64,000 nt of DNA from Bdellovibrionota bacterium (lineage in GTDB: Bacteria; Bdellovibrionota; UBA1018; CAIPTA01; JAALKR01), in assembly GCA_965207455.1 (NCBI GenBank), contig CBDBMJ010000003.1:160001-224000 (forward strand), in the 5' to 3' direction. Below are positions 29,295 to 37,776 of this stretch, in pieces. Made by a program: the position numbers and the translations under genes. Position 1 is the stretch's first letter. Every line of letters begins with the position of its first letter. Below the pieces are notes generated by a model. The model searched no databases. It had not been told where the DNA came from and saw only the letters and a program-made list of their open reading frames with translations.

Positions 29295-30458
29295 ATGGAA
29301 AATCTTTCACGATTTCCTCTAAAAGGAATGAACATGGCACCTATCTTAAAGGATGGGGACATCCTACTGCTATCTATGCAAACAAAAGATTCTCCAAGGC
29401 TGTGTAAGGAGGGAGATCTCATGCTTTCGCAGTCGGATGTGGGTTGGACGATCCACCGCCTTCTGTCTAAAGATAGAAAAAAAATATTTAAGATCGATTC
29501 TTCCCTTTGCTTCGACGTAGAGGATCCCGAAAAATATGAAAGTACGATTGTGGGTTTCCAACGCAATAACTTGACCTATTTCTGGGGACAAGAGGGTTTC
29601 CCTTGGCAAAAAAACATTGCCCGGCTTTCTGGTGCTCTCACAAAATCCAACAACAAAATTCTCCATTGGTTTTACCTGCGCCTCATGAAGTGGATCCAAT
29701 ATTTTCTGCTAGCATTTGTAGTGAAGAAAATGATCGTAAAGAGTAAATGGAGCGAGCCCATTGCTCCTCCCTCACTGGAGCTTTTTGAAAAAATAGATAC
29801 GCTCTTTTTAGGGCAACAAATACGGTATTGGACAATCAATGCTCCTGATTTTATGAACCAATCGAGCCTGCACCTATATGTGGATCCAAAACACTGGGAA
29901 GAGTCCATGGGCCTACTGGAGCAAATGGGAGGAACGGAACAACAAGCGCGTAGGGGAATATTTCAATTTGCTTCACACCAGTTGGTAACTCTCCATAAGG
30001 AACTTTTTCATGCTATGCCCATAGATTTGCTCTTTCAAAAAAATTCAAGGAGCACTTGCTTACACTCCATTCACTGGGCGCTGGAGCCCTGTGCAGAGGA
30101 TCGATTCGTATTGCTTTGTGGGCAAATACGGTACTTTTTTGATCCCACGCATCCCGACCCAAAAAACTTTTTACATAACATGGCACTGGTATTGGAAAAA
30201 GAACATGCCTTGGACTGGACCTACGTCCGGTTGCGTGCCCAGCAGTTACGCCTACAAAACTCTGTTGCTGTGGTGCTGTCTCTTTTGCGTCACCATTCCA
30301 GCAGCCCGTCCATAAAAATAGGGTATTTTCCCACTCGTCTCTTGGCTCCTTACTTTTTTTCTCCTGCAAGGTATGTGGTTAGTGGGAAGAGTGTGGAGAG
30401 TTACTGTAAGCGCCCTGGGCTTTCTGCCATTAATCGGGTATTGCTGTGGAGCTTTTAA
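29295..30458 (+). CDS. S24/S26-like domain fused to a nucleotidyltransferase-like region
   Basis: GMNMAPILKDGDILL and TIHRL; C-terminal VTLHKELF, LDWTYVRLRAQQLRL. Confidence 0.5.
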   Translation: MENLSRFPLKGMNMAPILKDGDILLLSMQTKDSPRLCKEGDLMLSQSDVGWTIHRLLSKDRKKIFKIDSSLCFDVEDPEKYESTIVGFQRNNLTYFWGQEGFPWQKNIARLSGALTKSNNKILHWFYLRLMKWIQYFLLAFVVKKMIVKSKWSEPIAPPSLELFEKIDTLFLGQQIRYWTINAPDFMNQSSLHLYVDPKHWEESMGLLEQMGGTEQQARRGIFQFASHQLVTLHKELFHAMPIDLLFQKNSRSTCLHSIHWALEPCAEDRFVLLCGQIRYFFDPTHPDPKNFLHNMALVLEKEHALDWTYVRLRAQQLRLQNSVAVVLSLLRHHSSSPSIKIGYFPTRLLAPYFFSPARYVVSGKSVESYCKRPGLSAINRVLLWSF

Positions 30459-30478
30459 GTTCTATGGCGAGGGCTTAA

Positions 30479-31081
30479 TTAGCGCCGATCGTTTAAAGCG
30501 CTTTGTCCCAAGCTTTTGTGGTGATTGCGATGCACAGAAAGTTTTTCCCGGTTTTCCTGCTCTTCCTTACAAGCAATACATAGTTCTGCTGTCGTTCGTG
30601 CTATTAAGCGAAGGGAATCAATGAGTTCGCCGCACTCCACACACTCGCCGTAGGTATTCTCCTTGATACGAGCCAATGCCTGATCCACTTTCCTGAGGTA
30701 CAGTTTTTCCCGGTTACCAAGGCGAGCGCTCATACTTTTTTCCACTTCGCTGGAGGCAAGGTCTGCTTCGTCGGAACGATCGTCCTGATCTGTGCTTAAA
30801 TCTGGCTTCATCAGTGTTTTATTCAAAATTTCTTCTTTATCTCTTAGCAGGAGAATCTCTGCGCACCTTGCAACTTGCTTCTTGGTGAGGAAGTGGCTTT
30901 TTTCCTTGACGAGAAGTTTGATCTCTTCTTCGGTGAAGCGCTCAATTTGTCTTTTAGTAAGGCGTTTGACTTCTTCTTCTTTGAAGCGTTTAATTCTTTC
31001 TTCTGTAGGAAGTACGAGTTGTTTTTTGATTTTTTTGGGACTCTTGTGTGTTGCTGCCCGGCTTACTTTCTTTTTTGTCAT
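30479..31081 (-). CDS. DksA/TraR family C4 zinc-finger protein
   Basis: DEADLA coiled-coil tip; YGECVECGELI...RL...AELCIACKE. Confidence 0.9.
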   Translation of the reverse strand: MTKKKVSRAATHKSPKKIKKQLVLPTEERIKRFKEEEVKRLTKRQIERFTEEEIKLLVKEKSHFLTKKQVARCAEILLLRDKEEILNKTLMKPDLSTDQDDRSDEADLASSEVEKSMSARLGNREKLYLRKVDQALARIKENTYGECVECGELIDSLRLIARTTAELCIACKEEQENREKLSVHRNHHKSLGQSALNDRR

Positions 31082-31295
31082 AAATGCTTTCTCCGTTTTT
31101 GTTTTTTTTTGTGGTTCTTATGTGTAGTTAAAAAAACACGTTAAAACCGCAGTGTAAGAATACATTAAGATAAATTATACACTAATGTGGGAAGTCAGTT
31201 CAAATATTTTTTTTGAAAGGGAGCGCCCATTGCCTTGCGATATTTATGATGCGCATGTTTTTTCACTCTGCGCCTATCTTTTTATAAATTTTAAA

Positions 31296-32165
31296 TTACA
31301 TGGGAAGAAAGGATTTTTTCGACGATAGTTTTTCACAGGCACCAAGAAAGGGACCCCTATAAACTTCTTTTTCCATCCATTCTTTCTCTGAGTCTAAACT
31401 TTCTTCTGCAATCTTTTTATACCAGTAACGACGTTCGGGATTCCAACTATAGCCTTGTTTTTTTAAAAGATCCTTGCTTTGAAAAGGTGCGTTTAACGCT
31501 TTCATATAAACCATGGTTTTTTTTGCTCTGTCCAATAATTCCTGAAAATAGGGCTTTCCCGTCCGAATATCCGTCTTTAATAAAAGATTGAGTGTGGCAT
31601 TCACATCCTCCACTGCTCGGTGGGAGCGGACAAAAAATCCGTGCAACATGATCAGTATTTCTAATTTTCGGGACGACAAGCCTTTAGCTTTCCAATCCAC
31701 TTGAGTGAGGGAGCAAGCCCAAAGAGCCTCGGTGGTTATTTTTTTTTCAATAAACGGCCGATCAAATGCGGCATTATGGGCAATGATGAGATCCGACTGT
31801 TGGAAGAATGTGTGCACTTTTTCCCAGTCAATTGATTTTCCTGATAGCATTTCGTCGCTTAGGCCCGTTATATCCTGCACCTCTTGAGAAAGAGGCGTGC
31901 CGGGGTCTTCCAATTCGTTATAGGATTCGTTCACGCTCACAACTTCTCCCGTAGAGGCGTGGTATTGAAACTGACGCAAGCCAATCTCAATAATCACATC
32001 TTTCGTATAATCTAAACCCGTGGTTTCCAGATCCACCACTAGGCCCGTGCATACATTCTCCTTGGAGACCGAGTCTTTGGGCAAAGAAAAGTCGCCTTGA
32101 AATCGATGTAACGTGATGGTGTTTCCGTCCTCGGACAAACCTGCGCTTTGAATAAATCGTGCCAT
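31296..32165 (-). CDS. DEDDh 3'-5' exonuclease (DNA polymerase III epsilon-like)
   Basis: VDLETTG, AHNAAFDRPF and HRAVED. Confidence 0.9.
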   Translation of the reverse strand: MARFIQSAGLSEDGNTITLHRFQGDFSLPKDSVSKENVCTGLVVDLETTGLDYTKDVIIEIGLRQFQYHASTGEVVSVNESYNELEDPGTPLSQEVQDITGLSDEMLSGKSIDWEKVHTFFQQSDLIIAHNAAFDRPFIEKKITTEALWACSLTQVDWKAKGLSSRKLEILIMLHGFFVRSHRAVEDVNATLNLLLKTDIRTGKPYFQELLDRAKKTMVYMKALNAPFQSKDLLKKQGYSWNPERRYWYKKIAEESLDSEKEWMEKEVYRGPFLGACEKLSSKKSFLPM

Positions 32166-32236
32166 ATTCCTACCCCCAGTCGTATGAATTCAACATAGAA
32201 TACCCAGATTCTCAAGGAACAGGGTATAATAAAAAT

Positions 32237-33589
32237 ATGCAACTGTCTTTGGAACAGATTATAGAAACGCCGGTGGACAGCTTAAATTCCCAAGGGCAGG
32301 GTGTGGCTCACCATAACGGCATCACTCTTTTTATCGACGGGGCTTTGCCCATGGAGGTGGTGCAAGCCCAAATATACCAAATAAAAAAACGCTATGCCTG
32401 TGCCACTGCCATAAAAATCATAAAGCCATCTCCAGTACGGGAGGATAAGCCCCCCTGTATACATTTTGGTAGCTGCGGAGGTTGTCATCTCATGCATTTA
32501 AGCTACCCGGCTCAGTTGGAAGAAAAGGGGCGGCATGTGAAAAATTGTATGGAGCGGATTGCAAAGCTTTCTCCATCGCCCGCAATCTTGCCCTGTATTT
32601 CCTCTCCTCAAATACTAGCCTATCGAAATAAAGTGCAGATCAATATGGGGATGGATGGAGACAATATCATTGGTGGTTTTTACGCTTTGCGATCCCATTC
32701 CATCGTGGCAATGGAAAGTTGCCCTATCCATCTCCCTCTGGGCGACCAAGCCTATCAAGCAGCATTAACTTTTTTGCGCCAGGAAAGTATCGTTCCCTAC
32801 GACGAGTCCACGAGAAGGGGAACGTTACGTCGCCTATGGATACGGACCACTCAAAAAACCCAGGAAGTGCTCCTAGTTTTTATTACAACCCGGCCCCAAA
32901 CAAAAATCTTACAGAAAATTGCTAAAAAACTTATGGACACAATCCCTTCCATCGTGGGTGTTCTCCAAAATATTCAACCAAGCCGGGGGAATACCACCCT
33001 AAGTTCCACATTCATTACCCTAGGGGGACGAAGTTATGTAAAAGAAACGTTTATGGATTTAGAGTGGAGGCTTTCTCCACAGTCCTTTTTTCAAATGAAT
33101 ACACCGCAAGCAGAAACATTATACCGTGAGGCTCTCCAGATGGCTGAACTCACGGGCACAGAAACGGTTGTGGATGGGTACTGTGGCACAGGAACTTTAT
33201 CTCTCGTACTTTCCCAACACGCCCAGCAGGTATTGGGGGTAGATTCTGTCCGTGCTGCCATTGAGGATGCAAAACATAATGCCCAAATCAATGGAATAGA
33301 AAATGCCCATTTTCACTGCGGTACTATGGAAGCTCTTCTGCCCAATATGAAGCCCTTTCAAATTATTTTTCTGGACCCTCCCCGGAAGGGTTGTGATCGC
33401 TCTGTATTGGAAACAATTGCCCGTGTAGGGCCTCAAAAGATAATTTATATTTCTTGCGACCCTGCCACTCTAGCTAGAGATCTTGCCATTCTCCAAACCC
33501 ATTCCTATCATGTGAAAAAAATACAGCCCCTGGACATGTTCCCTCAAACTTCCCATGTGGAATGTGTTGCGCTCATAGAGCGCTTGTGA
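32237..33589 (+). CDS. rlmD: 23S rRNA (uracil-1939-C5)-methyltransferase
   Basis: TRAM domain, CxxFxxCGGC, SFFQMN, LDPPRKG, YISCDPATLARD and DMFPQTSHVE. Confidence 0.92.
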   Translation: MQLSLEQIIETPVDSLNSQGQGVAHHNGITLFIDGALPMEVVQAQIYQIKKRYACATAIKIIKPSPVREDKPPCIHFGSCGGCHLMHLSYPAQLEEKGRHVKNCMERIAKLSPSPAILPCISSPQILAYRNKVQINMGMDGDNIIGGFYALRSHSIVAMESCPIHLPLGDQAYQAALTFLRQESIVPYDESTRRGTLRRLWIRTTQKTQEVLLVFITTRPQTKILQKIAKKLMDTIPSIVGVLQNIQPSRGNTTLSSTFITLGGRSYVKETFMDLEWRLSPQSFFQMNTPQAETLYREALQMAELTGTETVVDGYCGTGTLSLVLSQHAQQVLGVDSVRAAIEDAKHNAQINGIENAHFHCGTMEALLPNMKPFQIIFLDPPRKGCDRSVLETIARVGPQKIIYISCDPATLARDLAILQTHSYHVKKIQPLDMFPQTSHVECVALIERL

Positions 33590-33603
33590 GAAAATTGAAA
33601 ATC

Positions 33604-35478
33604 ATGGGACAATCTTCTTTACTAAGCAATCCTAAGTTTTGGCCTCTTTTCTATACCCAATTATTTGGAGCCTTTAATGACAATTTCTTTAAAAATGGAT
33701 TGATAATCCTCATTACCTATCAGTCCATGAAAATCGGATCCCTAGATCCTCCAACGCTTGTGGCTCTCTGTGGAGCTATATTTATCTTTCCATTTTTCCT
33801 TTTCTCTGCCACTGCTGGACAACTGGCCGACAAATATGAAAAGTCGAAAATGATCGTCTATATTAAAGTCCTAGAAATTTTCATTATGCTTTTAGCGACT
33901 GTCGGTTTTATAACAGGAAGTATCCAAGTCCTCATGGCCACGCTCTTTCTTATGGGAACCCAATCCGCATTCTTTGGTCCTCTAAAGTATAGTTACTTCC
34001 CACAAATCCTACCCGATAATGAACTCGTGGGAGTAAATGCTCTCCTCCAAACGGGAACTTTTTTAGCTATTTTGCTGGGCACTCTTGCGGGCGGTATAAT
34101 CATAGCTATCCCCGGCAATGGACCCATCTACATCAGCATTGGCGTAATTCTTTTAGCTTTTATTGGTTTTTTCTTTAGTCGAGCCATACCTTCCATAGAA
34201 GTAAAAGATCCCAGTCTTCGTGTGGAGTATAACCCCATCTTTCCCACTTGGAGAATCATCCGTTATATACTTCAGGATCGAACCATTGCTCTTGCCACAT
34301 TTGGAACCAGTTGGTTTTGGTTCTATGGAGCAGCCATGCTTTCCCTATTTCCTGGATATGCAAAAACAACCTTAGGCGGGAATGAACATGTGGCCACTCT
34401 CCTGTTGGCTCTTTTTTCCGTCGGCATTGGTCTTGGGTGCATGATCTGTAAGAAGATATCTGGACGAAACTTAGAGCTTGGACTTGTACCCATAGGCTCT
34501 ATAGGCCTCACCATATTTATTTTTGATTTATTTTTAATCCCTTACTCCGACTATAGTGGAATGGCTCCACTTACCCTGATGGAATTCCTCAATGCTCCAA
34601 ATAGTTTTCGAGTGATATTTGATCTAACCATGGTTTCTTTTTCAGGTGGATTTTTTATCGTCCCCATGATGACCTTGATCCAACAAAAAGCCTCTAAAGC
34701 ACACCTGTCGCGAGTGATTGCTGCGGGAAATATTATTAACGCTTTGTTTATGGTGGTGGCAGCTGTCATGCTCACCATACTTTTTAAATATAATTTTGCA
34801 TCAACAGAAATCTTTGTGGTGCTGGCTGTTCTCAATCTTTTTGTTGCCATCTATGTATACACAGTCCTACCAGAATTTTTCCTGCGCTTTGTGGGCTGGA
34901 TTCTCACAAAACTTATCTATCGCCTACGCCCCATGGGATTGGAACACATCCCTCACAAGGGTCCAGCTCTCCTCGTCTGTAACCATGTTACCTATGTGGA
35001 CTGGCTATTCCTCACCGGTGCCATCCATCGCCCCATCCGTTTTATTATGAACTGTCGTTTTCTTGAAGTTCCCGTCGCCGGGTCCCTTCTTAAAATGGGC
35101 AAGGTAATCCCCATTGCTCCTGCGAAAGTAAACCCAGAAATTCTAAGCGCTGCATGGGAAACGGTACACGAGGCACTCCAAGATGGAAATCTTGTGTGCA
35201 TATTTCCAGAAGGCGTTCTTACGAAAGATGGAAAAATTGCTCACTTTCGTCCTGGCATAGAGAAAATTATTCAAAGAGACCCCGTTCCCGTAATACCCAT
35301 GGCACTGTGTGGAGTTTGGCAAAGCTACTTTAGCACCCAAAAAGGTAACTTGCTCCAAAGATTTCCCGGCAAACTCTGGAAAAAAGTAAAACTGCGCATA
35401 TCTTCTCCTCTAGACCCTCAACAAGCGACTTCTCAAAAACTCCATGAAATTATAACAGCTCTAGTCGATGAAAAATAA
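33604..35478 (+). CDS. MFS lysophospholipid transporter fused to acyltransferase (LplT/Aas-like)
   Basis: TQLFGAFNDNFFK, AGQLADK, many TMs; NHVTYVD and IFPEG acyltransferase motifs. Confidence 0.92.
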   Translation: MGQSSLLSNPKFWPLFYTQLFGAFNDNFFKNGLIILITYQSMKIGSLDPPTLVALCGAIFIFPFFLFSATAGQLADKYEKSKMIVYIKVLEIFIMLLATVGFITGSIQVLMATLFLMGTQSAFFGPLKYSYFPQILPDNELVGVNALLQTGTFLAILLGTLAGGIIIAIPGNGPIYISIGVILLAFIGFFFSRAIPSIEVKDPSLRVEYNPIFPTWRIIRYILQDRTIALATFGTSWFWFYGAAMLSLFPGYAKTTLGGNEHVATLLLALFSVGIGLGCMICKKISGRNLELGLVPIGSIGLTIFIFDLFLIPYSDYSGMAPLTLMEFLNAPNSFRVIFDLTMVSFSGGFFIVPMMTLIQQKASKAHLSRVIAAGNIINALFMVVAAVMLTILFKYNFASTEIFVVLAVLNLFVAIYVYTVLPEFFLRFVGWILTKLIYRLRPMGLEHIPHKGPALLVCNHVTYVDWLFLTGAIHRPIRFIMNCRFLEVPVAGSLLKMGKVIPIAPAKVNPEILSAAWETVHEALQDGNLVCIFPEGVLTKDGKIAHFRPGIEKIIQRDPVPVIPMALCGVWQSYFSTQKGNLLQRFPGKLWKKVKLRISSPLDPQQATSQKLHEIITALVDEK

Positions 35479-35546
35479 ATAATCGCTGCTGCGCAAGTAA
35501 TGTGAAGCAAATGTAACTCTTCTCTATTATAATAAATGCTACGAGC

Positions 35547-35576
35547 GCTGAGTTGCCTCAGCTGAGTTTCCTCAGC
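35547..35576. repeat. Tandem 14-bp palindromic units
   Basis: GCTGAGTTGCCTCA GCTGAGTTTCCTCA GC. Confidence 0.8.
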
Positions 35577-35580
35577 TTAA

Positions 35581-35614
35581 TAACATTACTCGTAAATATT
35601 ATTTTTTTGACGAG
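35581..35614. repeat. Direct repeat copy 1 (imperfect palindrome)
   Basis: TAACATTACTCGTAAATATTATTTTTTTGACGAG; second copy at 36155-36187. Confidence 0.9.
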
Positions 35615-35624
35615 CAAAAAAGAA

Positions 35625-35653
35625 TTGACGTACAAAAAATATTCCGTTAAATT
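35625..35653 (+). promoter_or_regulatory. Sigma70-like promoter for 35720-36157
   Basis: TTGACG-N17-TAAATT. Confidence 0.55.
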
Positions 35654-35719
35654 AAACCTTATAAAAGAGATGCATGGTGTAGCTCTTAAAAAAATTATCA
35701 AGAAAAGAGGAAAAAAATT

Positions 35720-36157
35720 ATGAACATACTAAAACTAATATTTGCATTCACTATACTTTGCTCCCTGTCAAGCGCTCCAGCTTTTGCCATGGCAGAAGGT
35801 CCCACGACTGAAATGGAGATAGATTATGTGTCAGAAATGCCTGCAGACGCACTGGTAAACTGCCATAAGAAAGCCATTCCTGACCCTGACGCTGACCATG
35901 AAATTGACCCTGACGGAAAGCGCTACTCAACGTTTTGTCAAACTACACAGACAGTTGAAATAAATGGAAAAGTAGAAACTTTTGAGATTTTAATGAAACT
36001 CGCAATTGGCGGACTGGATAAGCGCTTTTATGTCAAACTTGACATAGATGTATATTCTTATAAGGATGCATTCTCACCAGTAGCCACTGTATCACTTCGC
36101 TGTAACGGAGGCCGTTTCAATGACCGCTGTAGGCTTTTGTTTGTAACGTTTGTATAA
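35720..36157 (+). CDS. Small secreted Cys-containing hypothetical protein
   Basis: AGAGG RBS, signal peptide ending APAFA, four Cys in the mature part. Confidence 0.75.
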   Translation: MNILKLIFAFTILCSLSSAPAFAMAEGPTTEMEIDYVSEMPADALVNCHKKAIPDPDADHEIDPDGKRYSTFCQTTQTVEINGKVETFEILMKLAIGGLDKRFYVKLDIDVYSYKDAFSPVATVSLRCNGGRFNDRCRLLFVTFV

Positions 36158-36187
36158 CATCACTCGTAAATATTATTTTTTGACGAG
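36155..36187. repeat. Direct repeat copy 2 (supplies the TAA stop of 35720-36157)
   Basis: TAACATCACTCGTAAATATTATTTTTTGACGAG. Confidence 0.9.
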
Positions 36188-36321
36188 AAAGCCTACAATT
36201 TTTACATGAAAGAGGTGCAGATGAGCGGGATATTGGAATAGCTGAAATCAAAATTAAAGAACTAGAAAAAGACGGCAAAGAATAAGAACACTCGCTGAAA
36301 GATTAACGTAACCGATACTAG

Positions 36322-36352
36322 AAAATCCCCTCCTACATGAGGGGATTTTTTT
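36322..36352. terminator. Intrinsic terminator, probably bidirectional
   Basis: AAAATCCCCTC-CTACAT-GAGGGGATTTTTTT. Confidence 0.85.
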
Positions 36353-36392
36353 GCCTTCAGCAGCTAAGATAAATCAAAGCACCCCACAGTTC

Positions 36393-37349
36393 CTAAAATT
36401 TAATATTCGCTGTTGGCACAAGCTCATTACCGCCACTTTTACCATTCCCTAATTGCCCAACACTGTTGCTACCCCAGCATTTTGCAGTCCCATTACTTAA
36501 AAGAGCACAGCTATGCTCTGATCCAAGAGAAATGTCTATAGTACCAATAAACTCGTAGAGAGAACTTGCATCAGAGCAAGCAGAGCTATTGCCAGCCCTG
36601 TCCGTCTGCTTTGCGTAATGAGTATATTCTCCTAGACTACTTAAACTGGAATCTATTGTGATGGAGTTCTCTGTAGTTGTTTCTGATGCCACTTGGCTTT
36701 CTTCCGTACAAGCGCTGTGCGTGTATAGAGTAACTTCCGCTCCAATCTCTACGCCCGAGATCAAAAAACTAGGCGATCTATCCGGTGATGGACTGATAAC
36801 TCCTTCGGTAAATGCTATTGCTGATTCTGCTGGCGCTAGCGTATCTAAATGGTATTTTATTTCTAAGCAATCAAAAACCTCTGCCCCATTGGCATGTTTT
36901 GCATAATAAGTATATTCTCCATCATCAGTAATGGAACTTTTTAGCCCTACAGACACTTGACCATCTGCCGGGATTGAATCTGCGCTCACTGATTCTCCAG
37001 CACATTCCTCCATTACATGCAGGCTGACCAATGCTCCACCTCTCACATTGAAAAACTTAAAAGCTGGTGATGAGTTCTTAGAGTAGTATATGCCTTCCTC
37101 AGGATTAATTCCTTCTATTTCGATAGCAAATTCAGGCGGCGAATTAGGAGTAAACGAATTAAAGGGCAACAAATTACTACCCGAATCGCTACTGCTACAA
37201 CCAACAAGGGCGGCAAACAGTATAAACGGTATTATGTGGAGATTGAGATTCTTACACGCCAATGTTCCACTGCTACGTAGGTTTTTCAAAACCCAACCTA
37301 AATACATGCAAGATGAACTACAAAGAGTTCCGAGCATTTTCACAAACAA
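36393..37349 (-). CDS. Lipoprotein with two Ig-like repeats ending in a single RCC1 repeat (probably truncated)
   Basis: Lipobox LVGC; DGEYTYYAK / LGEYTHYAKQTDRAGNSS; GSEHSCALLSNGTAKCWGSNSVGQLGNG then stop; start uncertain. Confidence 0.7.
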   Translation of the reverse strand: MFVKMLGTLCSSSCMYLGWVLKNLRSSGTLACKNLNLHIIPFILFAALVGCSSSDSGSNLLPFNSFTPNSPPEFAIEIEGINPEEGIYYSKNSSPAFKFFNVRGGALVSLHVMEECAGESVSADSIPADGQVSVGLKSSITDDGEYTYYAKHANGAEVFDCLEIKYHLDTLAPAESAIAFTEGVISPSPDRSPSFLISGVEIGAEVTLYTHSACTEESQVASETTTENSITIDSSLSSLGEYTHYAKQTDRAGNSSACSDASSLYEFIGTIDISLGSEHSCALLSNGTAKCWGSNSVGQLGNGKSGGNELVPTANIKF

Positions 37350-37642
37350 ATTATTCTTCTAACTTACACTTGTTAAAACGGTCGGAATCCGTAATACCTT
37401 TAGAGGTATTTTCATTATTAAATAAATACAAGAAAGAGTGTTGAAAAATTCTTCATTTGAACTCCAATACCGGACATGAAAAATAATTTAACCTTTTAAA
37501 ATTTTCCCCGATCTTAGAACCTTGCTGATAATTACGGATAGAGTAAAAATTGAGAAATACACAATATTGTCGCTACGTTCTGGTCTATCTCCCATAAAAA
37601 CCAGATTTTCCTTGAGTCCCCTTATTAGCTAAGGTATTCCTT

Positions 37643-37753
37643 GGGTGGGTGTATCTGGCCCCATGCAAGTTTCTAGGGTGAACTCCGCCAGGACTGGAAG
37701 GTAGCAACGGTAATCTAATGGAGCTGTGTTGTGGTTTCGCTGGGTCGCCCACT
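37643..37753 (+). ncRNA. ffs: Signal recognition particle RNA (small bacterial SRP)
   Basis: Helix-8 motif CCAGGACTGGAAGGTAGCAAC; closing stem GTGGGTG...CGCCCAC; canonical position upstream of dnaX. Confidence 0.85.
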
Positions 37754-37776
37754 ATCATAATATGGAGCATAAAAAA

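Noticed and set aside
35581..36187. Integron attC sites
   Set aside because: TAAC follows the stop and there is a bulged palindrome, but copy 2 has no matching GTTRRRY box. The cassette has its own promoter and no integrase is present.
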